NCBI RefSeq assembly: GCF_006345805.1
Contig: NC_043015.1
Coordinates: 30,752,001-30,816,000, forward strand
Length of the DNA: 64,000 nt
Reading direction: 5' to 3'
Source: Octopus sinensis
Taxonomy: Eukaryota
The position numbers and the translations under genes are program-made. Shown in pieces: positions 1-12,139 of this stretch. The notes under the pieces are model-generated. The model worked only from the letters and a program-made list of their open reading frames with translations. It did not search any database and was not told the DNA's origin. Position 1 is the stretch's first letter; the number at the start of each line of letters is the position of its first letter.

Positions 1-163
1 TTGGGGAGAACCAATATTATCGTGCCACCACTGGAGGAAAATGGCCTATCAAATGGTACTGTTCATTTTACTTTGTCTATTTATTTTTCTGAAATTACAC
101 ATATTTCTTTTGTCTTTATTTATCACATGTAATATGCAAAATAACTCAACTGCACTTGCAGTT

Positions 164-1804
164 CATCATCATCATCATCATGGTCATCATGATCATCATG
201 ATCATCATCATGGTCATCAACATCATCATGGTCATCATCATCATGGTCATCATCATCATCATCATGGTATTCAACATCATCATGGTCATCATCATCATCA
301 TGGTCATCATCATCATCGTCATCATCATGGTATTCAACATCATCATGGTCATCATCATCATCATCGTCATCATCACCATGGTCATCATCATCACCATGGT
401 CATCATCATCATCATGGTCATCATCATCACCATGGTCATCATCATCACCATGGTCATCATCATCATGGTCATCATCATCACCATGGTCATCATCATCATC
501 ATGGTCATCATCATCACCATGGTCATCATCATCATCATGGTCATCATCATCATCATGGTCATCATCATCACCATGGTCATCATCATCATCATGGTCATCA
601 TCATCACCATGGTCATCATCACCATGGTCATCATCATCACCATGGTCATCATCATCACCATGGTCATCATCATCATCATGGTCATCATCACCATGGTCAT
701 CATCATCACCATGGTCATCATCATCATCATGGTCATCATCACCATGGTCATCATCATCACCATGGTCATCATCATCATCATGGTCATCATCATCATCATG
801 GTCATCATCATCATGGTCATCATCATCACCATGGTCGTCATCATCATCATCATCATCATGGTCATCATCATCATCATGGTCATCATCATCACCATGGTCG
901 TCATCATCATCATCATCATCATGGTCATCATCATCACCATGGTCATCATCATCATCATGGTCATCATCACCATGGTCATCATCATCACCATGGTCATCAT
1001 CATCATCATGGTCATCATCATCATCATGGTCATCATCATCATGGTCATCATCATCACCATGGTCGTCATCATCATCATCATCATCATGGTCATCATCATC
1101 ATCATGGTCATCATCATCATCATGGTCATCATCATCACCATGGTCATCATCATCATCATGGTCATCATCACCATGGTCATCATCATCACCATGGTCATCA
1201 TCATCATCATGGTCATCATCACCATGGTCATCATCATCACCATGGTCATCATCATCATCATGGTCATCATCATCATCATGGTCATCATCATCATGGTCAT
1301 CATCATCATCATTGTCATCATCATCACAATGGTCATCATCATCACCATGGTCATCATCATCATCATCATCATCATGGTCATCATCATCATCATGGTCATC
1401 ATCATCATCATGGTCATCATCATCATCATGGTCATCATCATCACCATGGTCATCATCATCATCATGGTCATCATCACCATGGTCATCATCATCACCATGG
1501 TCATCATCATCATCATGGTCATCATCACCATGGTCATCATCATCACCATGGTCATCATCATCATCATGGTCATCATCATCATCATGGTCATCATCATCAT
1601 GGTCATCATCATCATCATTGTCATCATCATCACAATGGTCATCATCATCACCATGGTCATCATCATCATCATCATCATCATGGTCATCATCATCATCATG
1701 GTCATCATCATCATGGTCATCATCATCATCATTGTCATCATCATCACAATGGTCATCATCATCACCATGGTCATCATCATCATCATGGTCATCATCATCG
1801 TCAT
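164..1804. repeat. Composite (CAT)n-GGT trinucleotide satellite; yields His/Gly-rich ORF 41..1846
   Basis: Units of (CAT)3-7 separated by GGT, with CAC, CGT, TGT and AAT variants; several frames open because the unit contains no stop codon. Confidence 0.97.
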
Positions 1805-2498
1805 TGTTGTTGTCAATTATTCCTCCATACTAGCTGGGTTAAATAGGATGACTTTCTGAGGCTGTATTTTACATCAGGCAGCTAGATACCCTTCATAATG
1901 CCAACTCTTTTAGTTACTTTTCACAACACACACGGGTATAAGGTATAAGGGTATCTGTTCTAAAAGTTGGGACACACATAATTATAATAGGAATTTCATT
2001 TGATTAGAGAGAAAAAAAGCAAAACCCTCTTATTGGTTTTAGTCATTGTGTCATGACCATGCTTAGGTATTAATCCTAAACATATCATTTTCGTCATCAT
2101 CATCATCAACATCATTGTCGTGCCTACTTTCCATGCTGGCATGGGTTGGACATGTCATCATGCTCCAAGTCAGTTCTTATTCAGAATTACTAATTAATCT
2201 CCTAGATGTCCCATGGGATGGAAGATGTCCCATGGGATGTTGCTGAAGAGGTTACAGACGTGTGACGAAAGATGTCCAGGCAACAGACATAAGCTAAAAT
2301 AAGAGATGATGATGATGATGAGGATGAGGATGAGGATGAGGATGAGGATGAAGATGACAAATAGACAAGTGAAGAATGAATATGTAGTACATGTGTCTAT
2401 TAGGCAAGTAAAAGAAAAAAAATTACCATCCTGAAATATAACAATATCTGTTTCAGCCCATTATTTTACATCAGGAATCTTATAAACCAAATTCATAA

Positions 2499-2501
<3 letters not shown>

Positions 2502-2561
<60 letters not shown>

Positions 2562-2574
2562 GTGGTGTGTGTGT

Positions 2575-2666
<92 letters not shown>
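2502..2666. repeat. (TG)n microsatellite
   Basis: Near-pure TG run with two interruptions; explains the HT/CV-repeat ORFs. Confidence 0.99.
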
Positions 2667-2670
<4 letters not shown>

Positions 2671-2832
2671 CGGACACAACAAACTTCTTTTAGTTTCTGT
2701 CTACCAAATCCACTGAAAAGGCTTTGACCAGAGCCCAGGGATATAACAGAAGACAGGCCCAAGGTGCCATGTAGTGGGATCAAACTCAGAACTCTATGAT
2801 TGGGAAGTGAACTTCACACCACACAGCCATGT
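2667..2832 (-). mobile_element. tRNA-derived SINE family A, diverged 5' half
   Basis: Matches the 'tctaccaaatccac...cccaaggtgcca...cacacagcca' block of copies at 7561, 46226 and 58062. Confidence 0.75.
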
Positions 2833-4025
2833 CTGTGCCAACTAAAGATTTTTTTTTAATATTTTTTTTTTTAATTTTGTTTTCCTTCATTTTTGTTTTT
2901 TTACGATCCATTAACTGACTTTGATTTTCAGTTTTTTTTGCAACATGTTGCAGGTATTCACCTGAGTCTGTGAAATATGGCCATTTCTCACATGCCTCAG
3001 ATGTCTGGAGTTTTGGTATAACATTATGGGAAATGTTCACATATGGAGATGTACCTTACCATGATATGAAAGGAATTGAAGTAAGTCTTTATTGCTTTTT
3101 CTTTAATTATGTATGTTGGATGTTGTCATAATTTGGGTTGGGTACCAGGGTGAAAAAAACTATAGCTTATAGCAACTTTTATTTTAAGTATCTAAGGTTT
3201 ACCAGGGAAGAAAGTACCATATTTTGATGCCATAAAAGGTGCATGGACATATTAGATGAACCCATATTTCAGCTGTGCATATTCAGGAAAAAGGTTTAGC
3301 ATTTCTTTCTCCAGCTATTATATCCTTCATGTCCTGCTGGGTCAATGGTGTCTATATCTACTTGTATCACACAACTCCCTGTTTCTTTCCTCTTAAAATT
3401 TAACTGTATTTCCCATAAAATGAATAATTATATGAATATATTAATTTTTTTTTTTTTAATTCCTATTTTCTCCAGGTCATGAAATTTTTGGAAAACAATA
3501 ACCGATTGTCTCAGCCCAAAAAATGCCCAAACGCAGTCTACAAGATAATGGGCTGCTGTTGGGAAATGGAAAGCAAAGCTCGACCAACATTCACAAAACT
3601 CCAGGAATTCTTTACCAATTTTGGAAACCAAATGTAACTGAAGAGAAACCTGTTTTTGTTGTTGCTGCTGCTGTTTTTATTGTTGTTGTCTGTGTTGTTT
3701 TTATGTTGTCCTTTTGTTTTGTAATTATATTTTTTATTATATATTTTTTAATGAGGTCCGAGGGATGGGGGTGTGACTTAAAGAATCCTGAGAGCATTCA
3801 ACAAAAGGCTTTGTAACATTTAGTTACAAATGCTTACATTCTAAGTTCAAATCCCACCAAAATCAACTTTGCCTTTCATCCTTCCATTCCAGAATCAAGA
3901 AAATAAGAACTGAGTCAGTATAATCCACTGTCCCTTTCTTTCACCACCACCACTTCCACCAAAATCAATCAGATTGATCATTGATTGACGTATCTTATCA
4001 TCAAAAAGCAAAGCTTTTAAGTCTT

Positions 4026-4650
4026 TTTATCTGTATGAAGTTTGTCAAATAAATCCTTTGGGGATTTTGAGAGTTACATACCAGTAATATACTGGAATTA
4101 TAGGGGCGCAGGTATTTATCTGTTTGAGGTTTGTCAAATAAATCCTTTGGGGATTTTGAGAGTTACATACCAGTAATATACTGGAATTATAGGGACACAG
4201 GTATTTATCTGTTTGAGGTTTGTCAAATAAATCCTTTGGGGATTTTGAGAGTTACATACCAGTAATATACTGGAATTATAGGGGCGCAGGTATTTATCTG
4301 TTTGAGGTTTGTCAAATAAATCCTTTGGGGATTTTGAGAGTTACATACCAGTAATATACTGGAATTATAGGGACACAGGTATTTATCTGTTTGAGGTTTG
4401 TCAAATAAATCCTTTGGGGATTTTGAGAGTTACATACCAGTAATATACTGGAATTATAGGGGCACAGGTATTTATCTGTTTGAGGTTTGTCAAATAAATC
4501 CTTTGGGGATTTTGAGAGTTACATACCAGTAATATACTGGAATTATAGGGGCACAGGTATTTATCTGTTTGAGGTTTGTCAAATAAATCCTTTGGGGATT
4601 TTGAGAGTTACATACCAGTAATATACTGGAATTATAGGGACACAGGTATT
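4026..4650. repeat. 89-bp minisatellite, 7 units
   Basis: 'tttgtcaaataaatcc' at 4041, 4130, 4219, 4308, 4397, 4486, 4575 (exact 89-bp period); units differ only at gggg(cg/ca)/ggga(ca). Confidence 0.98.
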
Positions 4651-5294
4651 ACCGTGTCAATAAGAAGCTTGCTCTGGGCTCAATCTCATCGTGCAGAACT
4701 TTTAGCAAGTGTCTCCTGCCATAGAATCTACCAATTTCAGGTCATTGTGGTGTTTGGTTGAGAAAAACTGTGCAGAGGTCCAACATAAATGTGTGTGTGT
4801 GTGTGTATGTATGTGTGTGTATTATACTATGTTTGTATATAAATATCAGCTATAAAAAAATGAAATAATGAAAAAATTGGTGGGTTTTAACAAAGTCCCT
4901 TGTGATATTTGTTCAGAACTGCTTTACAGACACTTCTTGTCATTCTTGCCATCAGGTGTACATTGAACCAATGACTGACCCATCAAAAACCTGTAACCAA
5001 CAACACTATTATTCATTAATTGCAATAATATGATAATCAGCAACACATCCTTAATTAGGCTCTCCCGAGCCTAATCAAAAAGAAATCATTATATCTATAT
5101 ATTTTATAGTTTTTTTGTTTTGTTTTATTATTTTTATTTTTATTTTCACTTGAACAAATTTTCATGACATCACCATTTTCACTGACCTTTTTTTATGAGA
5201 AAAACAAAGATTTTAATGACAATTTTTGTATATTTTTGTTATGAAAATAAATTTTATAAATTGCAGATGTTGTTGTCATTTGTTCATTTGACTC

Positions 5295-5788
5295 TGTCAC
5301 AATCTTATGCCCTTAGCTGCAAAAGGAGGAATTACAACCGTGTTTCGTGGTCTGCTACCACAACAGCTCCTTTATAGGATCCAGTTAGCTCAAGACATCA
5401 TCAGGAGGAACCACATCCGGTTTCGGCCCCTACTCCTCTACTGTTTTGACGTGGCGGGGCCCCCCTTTTCGGAGGTATCTTCAGCTCTGGTGTTGGGTGC
5501 ATGTCTTCTTTCTTCTGTTCCCTGGCCTCTTCGATGTATCGTCAGTGAGTGTCAGCCGGTGACTGACTGTCTTGTCAAATTCTCCCTTTAAATACCTGCC
5601 ACCAGACTCCAGCAGGCAGCCCCAGCAAGTTGTCACATGACACTGTCTCACCTTAACTGACTAGTTTTAGCCTGCACTTTTTCTAAACGACCTGTCAGCA
5701 GGCAGCCCTAGCGAGTTGTCATGTGACTCAGCAGGCAGCCCCAGCGAGTTGTCATGTGACTTCAGATCACACCCTACAAATTACAACA
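5295..5788 (-). mobile_element. Possible solo LTR
   Basis: GC-richer ~0.49-kb block with TGT...ACA ends, internal triple repeat 'cagcaggcagccc(c/t)agc(a/g)agttgtca' and minus-strand TATTTAAA; no clean TSD. Confidence 0.3.
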
Positions 5789-5849
5789 ACCCATTTTTTA
5801 AGCCCATCTTCCCTGCTAAAGTGGAGATTAACTTTGCAGGTCTCATAGA

Positions 5850-6376
5850 TCAGTGATTCCCCCAACCTTTTTTGCAGCACGGTTTCATGCAAAGAAATTT
5901 TTCCATGGGCTGGATGATCATGCACATAACAAAACGCAATAAAGTGTATAAAATATAATATAATTACTATATATATATATAATACATATACAGATCTTGT
6001 GTATGGTCCACGGTGAAAGCATTAAATGTAACTACACAAAGAAACATTACACAAGACAAATCTATACTGGAAGATATACATTACATATATTTATTTATAC
6101 ATTTGCAGCATGGAAGGTGTTTGTAAGCCATTTAAGAAACACACAAAAGCCGTTTGATTCACTTCAACATTTAAGTTTAATTTGTCAAAATATTTTCATC
6201 GCTATAAGACCACGACCTGTTCACTGACAAAAATCATGCTTGCAAAAACACTCTACAGATTGCAATAGTCAATAAAATAGAAATAAAATATAAAAATTCC
6301 TTTTTTCTTTGCAGCCCCGTACCAAATAATCTATGGCCCAGTACTGGATCACATCCTGATGGTTAGGAACCCCTAC
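5850..6376. mobile_element. hAT/Charlie-like non-autonomous DNA transposon, decayed
   Basis: Ends 'cagtgattcccccaacctttt' and 'ggttaggaacccct' are imperfect inverted repeats resembling hAT CAGGGGTTCCCAACC termini. Confidence 0.45.
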
Positions 6377-6859
6377 CACAGATCGTATTTATCATGGTTC
6401 TCCGTTTGAAGCAGTTTTACAGCCAGATGTCTTCCCTGTTGCCCTCTTATGACAGGAACACAATGTATTTTTTTTCCTAAAACTGGACACACACAAATCA
6501 CAGTAATCTTTAAGGCAAGAAAAGTACTTGAGCCAATGAAAGAAGCCTCTTACACGGTTACACAACTTACTAGAAATAGCAGCAAAATTCAACTGCAAAT
6601 TTAATAAGGCTGCTACTATATAGTTGCTTGACCTACTAAAAACTACACACTTGGTTTCATAACCTCCCTCTGCAGCACATATAGGGTGAGACATGCAGGA
6701 CCCAGTTGTGAAACTGTCACTGACCTGGTTATGGGTTTAAGTGGCACCTTCTGTAAAATGTCTGTCATGTGTAGCCCTCTTCATCTGCTGGTTCAGGCAT
6801 TGAGATCTATTGTGGTCATCATCTGCTTGCTCCAACATTGGGGTCTTTGGGATTGGCGA

Positions 6860-7075
6860 CGCATAGTCTGGGTCCTCATCTTTGACCTTGCCACCAAGAG
6901 TGGCTCCACCAGGATTTAGAACTCCTGACCGCATTGATTTCAGAGTCATTGGTCCACGCAAGCCCCTCCACCAGCAACAGGACCTCCGTAATGCTATGAT
7001 GGACCGTGAAGTCTGGCGCAACATGGTAAATTCCATTGTCTCGACCACGGTCGAACAATGATGGTGATGACAACA
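6860..7075 (+). mobile_element. Non-autonomous RTE-type retroelement (5'UTR-like piece joined to 3' end)
   Basis: 'cacgcaagcccctccacca' directly joined to a segment reading QQDLRNAMMDREVWRNMVNSIVSTTVEQ* plus an (ATG)n tail; same 3' end at 52310-52382. Confidence 0.55.
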
Positions 7076-7560
7076 CAGAGCGAAAAGCAAAGGAAAGGCA
7101 CATTAAACAAGGTAGTCCCAGAAACACTATACCTGAATTTTAAAAAAATCTAGATGGCCACGGCTGGAATGGCTTTGATCATCAGTCTACTGGATCATGA
7201 TAAACTCGCTGCTGTATGACAATAATCTAAATCAAATGACCTTAAACAATGGCTATAAGATTAAAGTCATGACTTCAAACTGCTCTCCTCCAGATGTGGT
7301 GATGTATCCTCTGGCAAGGTACATAACTCTGCTTACACTGATTTGTCTGGCTAAACAAAAAAACAGGTTGTAGGAACCAACGAGGAACCCTTTACACCAG
7401 TGATTCACAATCAATTTTCACCTATGGACCCCTTTGATTCCTAATTTTACTAGGATGTATCCTCCTGGCCATTCGATGTCTAAAAAAAGCATATTATATG
7501 TTTATGATTAAATATTATTAAGAATGGTATTTAAAATATTGCTAAAATATTTTGTGTATT

Positions 7561-7767
7561 ACTCTTTTACTTGTTTCAGTCATTTGACTGCGGCCATGCT
7601 GGAGCACCACCTTTAGTCGAGCAAAGTGACTCCAGGACTTATTCTTTGTAAGCCTAGTACTTATTCTATCGGTCACTTTTGCTGAACCGCTAAGTTACAG
7701 GGACGTAAACACGCCACCATTGTTTGTCAAGTGATGTTGGGGGGACAAACACAGACACACAAATACC

Positions 7768-7839
<72 letters not shown>

Positions 7840-8003
7840 CGATGGGCTTCTTTCAGTTTCCGTCTACCAAATCCACTCACAAGGCTCTGGTTGGCCCAAG
7901 GCTATAGTAGAAGACACTTGCCCAAGATGCCACGCAGTGGGACTGAACCCGGAACCATGTGGTTGGTAAGCAAGCTACTTACCACACAGCCACTCCTGCA
8001 CCT
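7561..8003 (-). mobile_element. tRNA-derived SINE family A, full length with internal (TA)n
   Basis: Minus strand: A-box 'tggctgtgtggtaag', B-box 'ggttcagtccc', core, (TA)n, tail '...gcggccgcagtcaaatgactgaaacaagtaaaaga'-type; >=8 related copies in the window. Confidence 0.9.
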
Positions 8004-8056
8004 ATAGAATATGTCATTCTATAAGTATTGTATAAGTATAACCAATTTATTGCAGA

Positions 8057-8920
8057 CTAACTGAATTACCTGGCGTTGCCTGGGTGACTGGTGTTCTTAT
8101 TCAGATTAGTAAACAATAAATATGAAGATTTTTTTTTCTCATAATTATTTCCAAATATCTATATTTTATTAAAAAATATCAAAATTGTTATGCTAATAGC
8201 ATTTAGAACTGAAATCTTGAAGCACTTCAGGATAAACAATTTTCATTGCATAATTTTTTTGTTGGTGTCCAAATGAATAAATTATTCCTGCTTCCAACTC
8301 ATCAACAACCAGCATAGAGTTGGCCATGGGAAAAGCATGTAGTAGAGAGATGATGTCCAACTACCTTGAGGGATTGACCATTGAGATTTGTTAATTGAAA
8401 TTCCAAAACTTAGTCAGACTGGAAGCTGAAGCATCTTAAATTCAAATGGAACATCTGTAGGTATGAGAGGAAATTTTGGATTAATGACATTTTCTTCTTT
8501 GTGACTACCTGTTATGATTGTTGCCTGTAGGATATAGGGCTTCATGGAAGTAACAATTAAGCGAGTTCCATTACACAAGAGAGTTGGGTCAAGATTCCTA
8601 AGCAACATAATGGGAGCATCCTGCTTTAGCGTTAAGTTATGTGGTGACATTCCAGTGGGTTTAAGTGTGTTCTGAAATTCAACAGGGCATTGAACAGCCT
8701 GATCTTGGTCGACTGCTGTGTGAATTGATGGAAAAGTCATTTCTGATGTATCTGTTAACTTTTGAAAAAGTTCATGATTGAGTTTCTCAACCATTTCATT
8801 AGTTAGGGCCTGTATAGCTCTTTCACATAACCAGTTTACGTCACTGTAATTGACAATCACACTGACACATAGACTCTGACACTGACACACATGTACATTT
8901 TCACATACACTCACATACAT
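8057..8920 (-). mobile_element. Decayed Helitron: PIF1-like helicase C-terminus plus 3' terminus
   Basis: ORF 8414..8920 has WLCERAI, GMSPHNLTLK, PIMLLRNLDP, LCNGTRL, FEFK-LQLPV; past a stop and frameshift: SINKSQ/GQSLKVVG/CFSHGQLY. Degenerate 3' hairpin (minus 'acccaggcaacgccaggt', 8068-8085) and TTAG (ex-CTAG) at 8057-8060. Confidence 0.92.
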
Positions 8921-10186
8921 ATACTAAGACGGACACGCACACAGACATACATTTACGTAATGAATGCACTGAGAGTGGCCTTTGTAGGCCACTCTCAGAC
9001 TAATAACCACAGCCTTCATAGGTCCATCTTTGTCCAGTGGCAATAGCTTTGCAGACCAGTCCCAGACCAGTGATTATAACCTTTATACATCAGTCCCAGA
9101 CCAATCACCATAACCTTTCTAGGTCAGTCTCAAACCAATGAAGTTGATGCAGCAGGTATTCAACTTAAATTTCCGTAGTGTGGCATCTGTAAGAAAACTA
9201 TAAGCAAGGATAATACCAAAGGATAATACTGGGAACAAATGTTTTCAAGTGTGGTGTCTTGGAGCCTTGGAGTTTGGAGTCATAAGGGGAGAAGTTGGTG
9301 TTTAGCCCCAGATCAGCAGACCAATAAATAAATATGTTCCTGTTGTTTTTTTTTTTGGGGGGGGGGGTTTCCCCCTTTAATAGTTTACCTTGAAATACAT
9401 TATCCAATGTACCTCTGTCGCATTTTTTAGAATTGTAGGTGTGATATGAGGGATATTTCATGACTATTTCTAGCAGTTTGGGTGATCATGTAGACCAGTG
9501 GTTTACAAACTTTTGTAGTTCAATTTTTCTTCTGTGAAGCAAAAAGTTATCAATTTGTGGCTGAACACTGAAAACTAACTTTGGAAAAGACTTGACCTTT
9601 CAACTTAGAAAACGATTGAAAACAACAAAGAAATTGATTAAAAGAAAACAATCTGAAGTATAAAATATAAAATTATCGAAAAGTGCCTTAATTTTAGAAA
9701 AATATAAATTTGGTTAATATGTAATCGCAATCCTCATCTTGTTTCGGCTTAGAATAAAAATCTCACGGACTACCTAAGGCATAACTACACAAATGTGCCC
9801 CGCCGGACTTTGCTTTTTTTTTTATTTCATAACTCTCAGTAAAATGGATATTTTCTTATGAAATTTTCTACAAATACGCTTCAGATGATGCAGATTCTGA
9901 TCATATCGGAATTCGTTGAGAAAACATTTTCCGGGGGCGAGGAAAGGAGTTTCGGAAAATTCATACTATCGGTTTTATTTCCTCGTAACTTTCAGAAAAA
10001 TGGGTATATTTTTATGAAATTTTCTACAAATATTTTTCAGGATGTGTAAATGATGATTATATCAGAATTTCATGTGGAAAAAAATTGTGGGCATGCACAC
10101 ATACACGCTGGCACATATCACAATTTTTTAATGAAATTTCAAGTTTGGTTTTTTTTTCATATTGAATTCCGATATAATCGTAATCT

Positions 10187-10590
10187 GGCGATCTTTCGTC
10201 TCTAGTAGACCTTTCCGTAAAAATCTTTTTTTTTTTTACCAATGGGCTTGCGGGAACTTTTGAAGTAATATACATACATATACACATACACCGAGTAAAA
10301 AATTTCAGTTATCTCTTTCTTTCACACATTACTCTGTCTCTTCACACACACTAACAGAAGCACTTCACTTACACAACATACTATCTGTCTCCCACACCCC
10401 ATCAAACACACACATGTACATCAATGCTTCCCCTGGACGGTAACTTCAAAAGAACTTCCCTCGTCATACAATCGCTTTCTCTTAGTCTCTTTCGCTCTCA
10501 TTACTTCAAAAGTTCCCGCAAGCCCATATGTAAAAAAAAAATTTTTTTACGGAAATCGACGGAAAGGTCTACTAGAGACGAAAGATTGCC
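10187..10590 (+). mobile_element. Foldback MITE copy A (left arm truncated)
   Basis: Arms 'ggcgatctttcgtctctagtagacctttccg...' and '...cggaaaggtctactagagacgaaagattgcc'; same family at 11731 and 62379. Confidence 0.85.
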
Positions 10591-11124
10591 CACCATCGGA
10601 AAGGTATCTGTAGAAATTTTCATTTAAAATTAAAAATACCCATTTTCTGAAAGTAACGAGCTAAGTCGCTAGGTACACGCGGACTAAAAAAAAAATGAAT
10701 AACTCAAATTTTCTATACATCTAGAATAGAAGTATTGTACACATAACCATACGGTCTGGTTATAGATACATTAAAATATATATAATTTACAAAATCTCCC
10801 ACTAAATTAATGCATGAAATGGGGAAAGGGAAGCATTTCAAATCTGCAAAGCCGGAATGAAAATATGCAGATGAAAATAGAACATAAATTACCTCCCTTG
10901 ATTTTTATTCAAATACTATTAAAGTATTTTTATATTTTATATTTCATAAAATATTTATCAGATTAATATATTATATTTCAATAAAACAATTTTATATATA
11001 ATAAAAAATATAATCTATTTAAAATATCATCAATATCTTTATCTACAAGTTTAGTTAAAGGCTAACTTTGACTATATATGCTAATTAGATTGCCTGTTTA
11101 TTTTTTTACATGACATTTAGTGAC

Positions 11125-11132
11125 TATATATA
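11125..11132 (+). promoter_or_regulatory. U6 TATA box (type 3 Pol III promoter)
   Basis: TATATATA at -30 to -23 from the U6 start, the canonical position; PSE not confidently identified. Confidence 0.75.
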
Positions 11133-11154
11133 CCGTTTCTAAATACTAGATTGT

Positions 11155-11170
11155 GTATTGCTTCGGCAAT

Positions 11171-11210
<40 letters not shown>

Positions 11211-11261
11211 GGCCCCTGCGCAAGGATGACACGCAAATTCGTGAAGCGTTCCATATTTTTT
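11155..11261 (+). ncRNA. U6: U6 spliceosomal snRNA
   Basis: From ACATATACTAAAATTGGAACG to GAAGCGTTCCATATTTT it matches the vertebrate U6 sequence as recalled; ACAGAGA box at 11194-11200; perfect 5' stem-loop GTATTGC-TTCG-GCAATAC; T6 terminator. Confidence 0.99.
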
Positions 11262-11293
11262 GGCTTTCTCTACTTTAAATAACTTATTTTATT

Positions 11294-11661
11294 CTTTTAT
11301 TCTACTACTTGTCTCAGTCGTTAGACTGCGGCCATGCTAGGGCACCTCCTTGAACCATTTTGGACGAAGGAATTTACCTTACTACTTTTTATTTTTTAAG
11401 CCTGGTACTTTATTCTACCTTCGCTATTGCCGAACCGCTAAGTTACGAGGATTTAAACACAAAAACTGTTGATCAAGCGGTGGTGAAGGACAAACACACA
11501 CAGATGTATGTACGAAGGGCTTCTTTCTGTTTCCGTCAACCAATTCCACTCACAAGTCTTTGGTCGGTCTGTGACTATACTAGAAGGCACTTGCCCAAGG
11601 TCCACGCAGTGGGACTGAACCCGGAACCATGTGGTTGGGAAGCAAACTTCTCACCGCGCCT
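11294..11661 (-). mobile_element. SINE family A, diverged
   Basis: 'gactgcggccatgct...gccgaaccgctaagttacg...cttgcccaagg...gggactgaacccggaaccatgtggttgg'. Confidence 0.8.
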
Positions 11662-11730
11662 GGAAACTTTCATTTTATTATTTTTTTTAAATCATTCAAA
11701 AGTTTCAGAAGGGAAAATGTGAAACAGTCC

Positions 11731-12139
11731 TCTTTCGTCTCTAGTAGACCTTTCCGTCGATTTCCGTAAAATTTTTTTTTTTTTACATATGAGCTTGCGG
11801 GAACTTTTGAAGTAATGAGAGCGAAAGAGACTAAGAGAAAGCGATTGTATGACGAGGGAAGTTCTTTTGAAGTTACCGTGCATGGCAAGCATTGATGTAC
11901 ATGTGTGTGTGTGTTTGATGGGGTGTGGGAGACAGACAGTATGTTGTGTAAGTGAAGTGCTTCTGTTAGTGTGTGTGAAGAGACAGAGGTAACTTCAAAA
12001 GAACTTCCCTCGTCATACAATCGCTTTCTCTTAGTCTCTTTCGCTCTCATTACTTCAAAAGTTCCCGCAAGCCCATATGTAAAAAAAAAATTCTTTTACG
12101 GAAATCGACGGAAAGGTCTACTAGAGACGAAAGATTGCC
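11731..12139 (-). mobile_element. Foldback MITE copy B (complete, ~146-bp TIRs)
   Basis: 11731-11876 is the reverse complement of 11989-12134; the internal spacer is inverted relative to copy A. Confidence 0.92.

Noticed and set aside
146-1859. Poly-Met/Thr, poly-Ile and poly-Ser ORFs overlapping the His ORF
   Set aside because: Alternative frames of the same stop-free trinucleotide array.
2461-2783. HT/CV-repeat ORFs
   Set aside because: Translations of the (TG)n microsatellite.
4026-4650. CRISPR-like array (regular repeat with hairpin)
   Set aside because: No unique spacers; the whole 89-bp unit repeats, and the context is eukaryotic.
11082-11103. Definite U6 PSE call
   Set aside because: TAATT start resembles the insect PSEA, but spacing to the TATA is longer than expected and no lineage consensus is available here.
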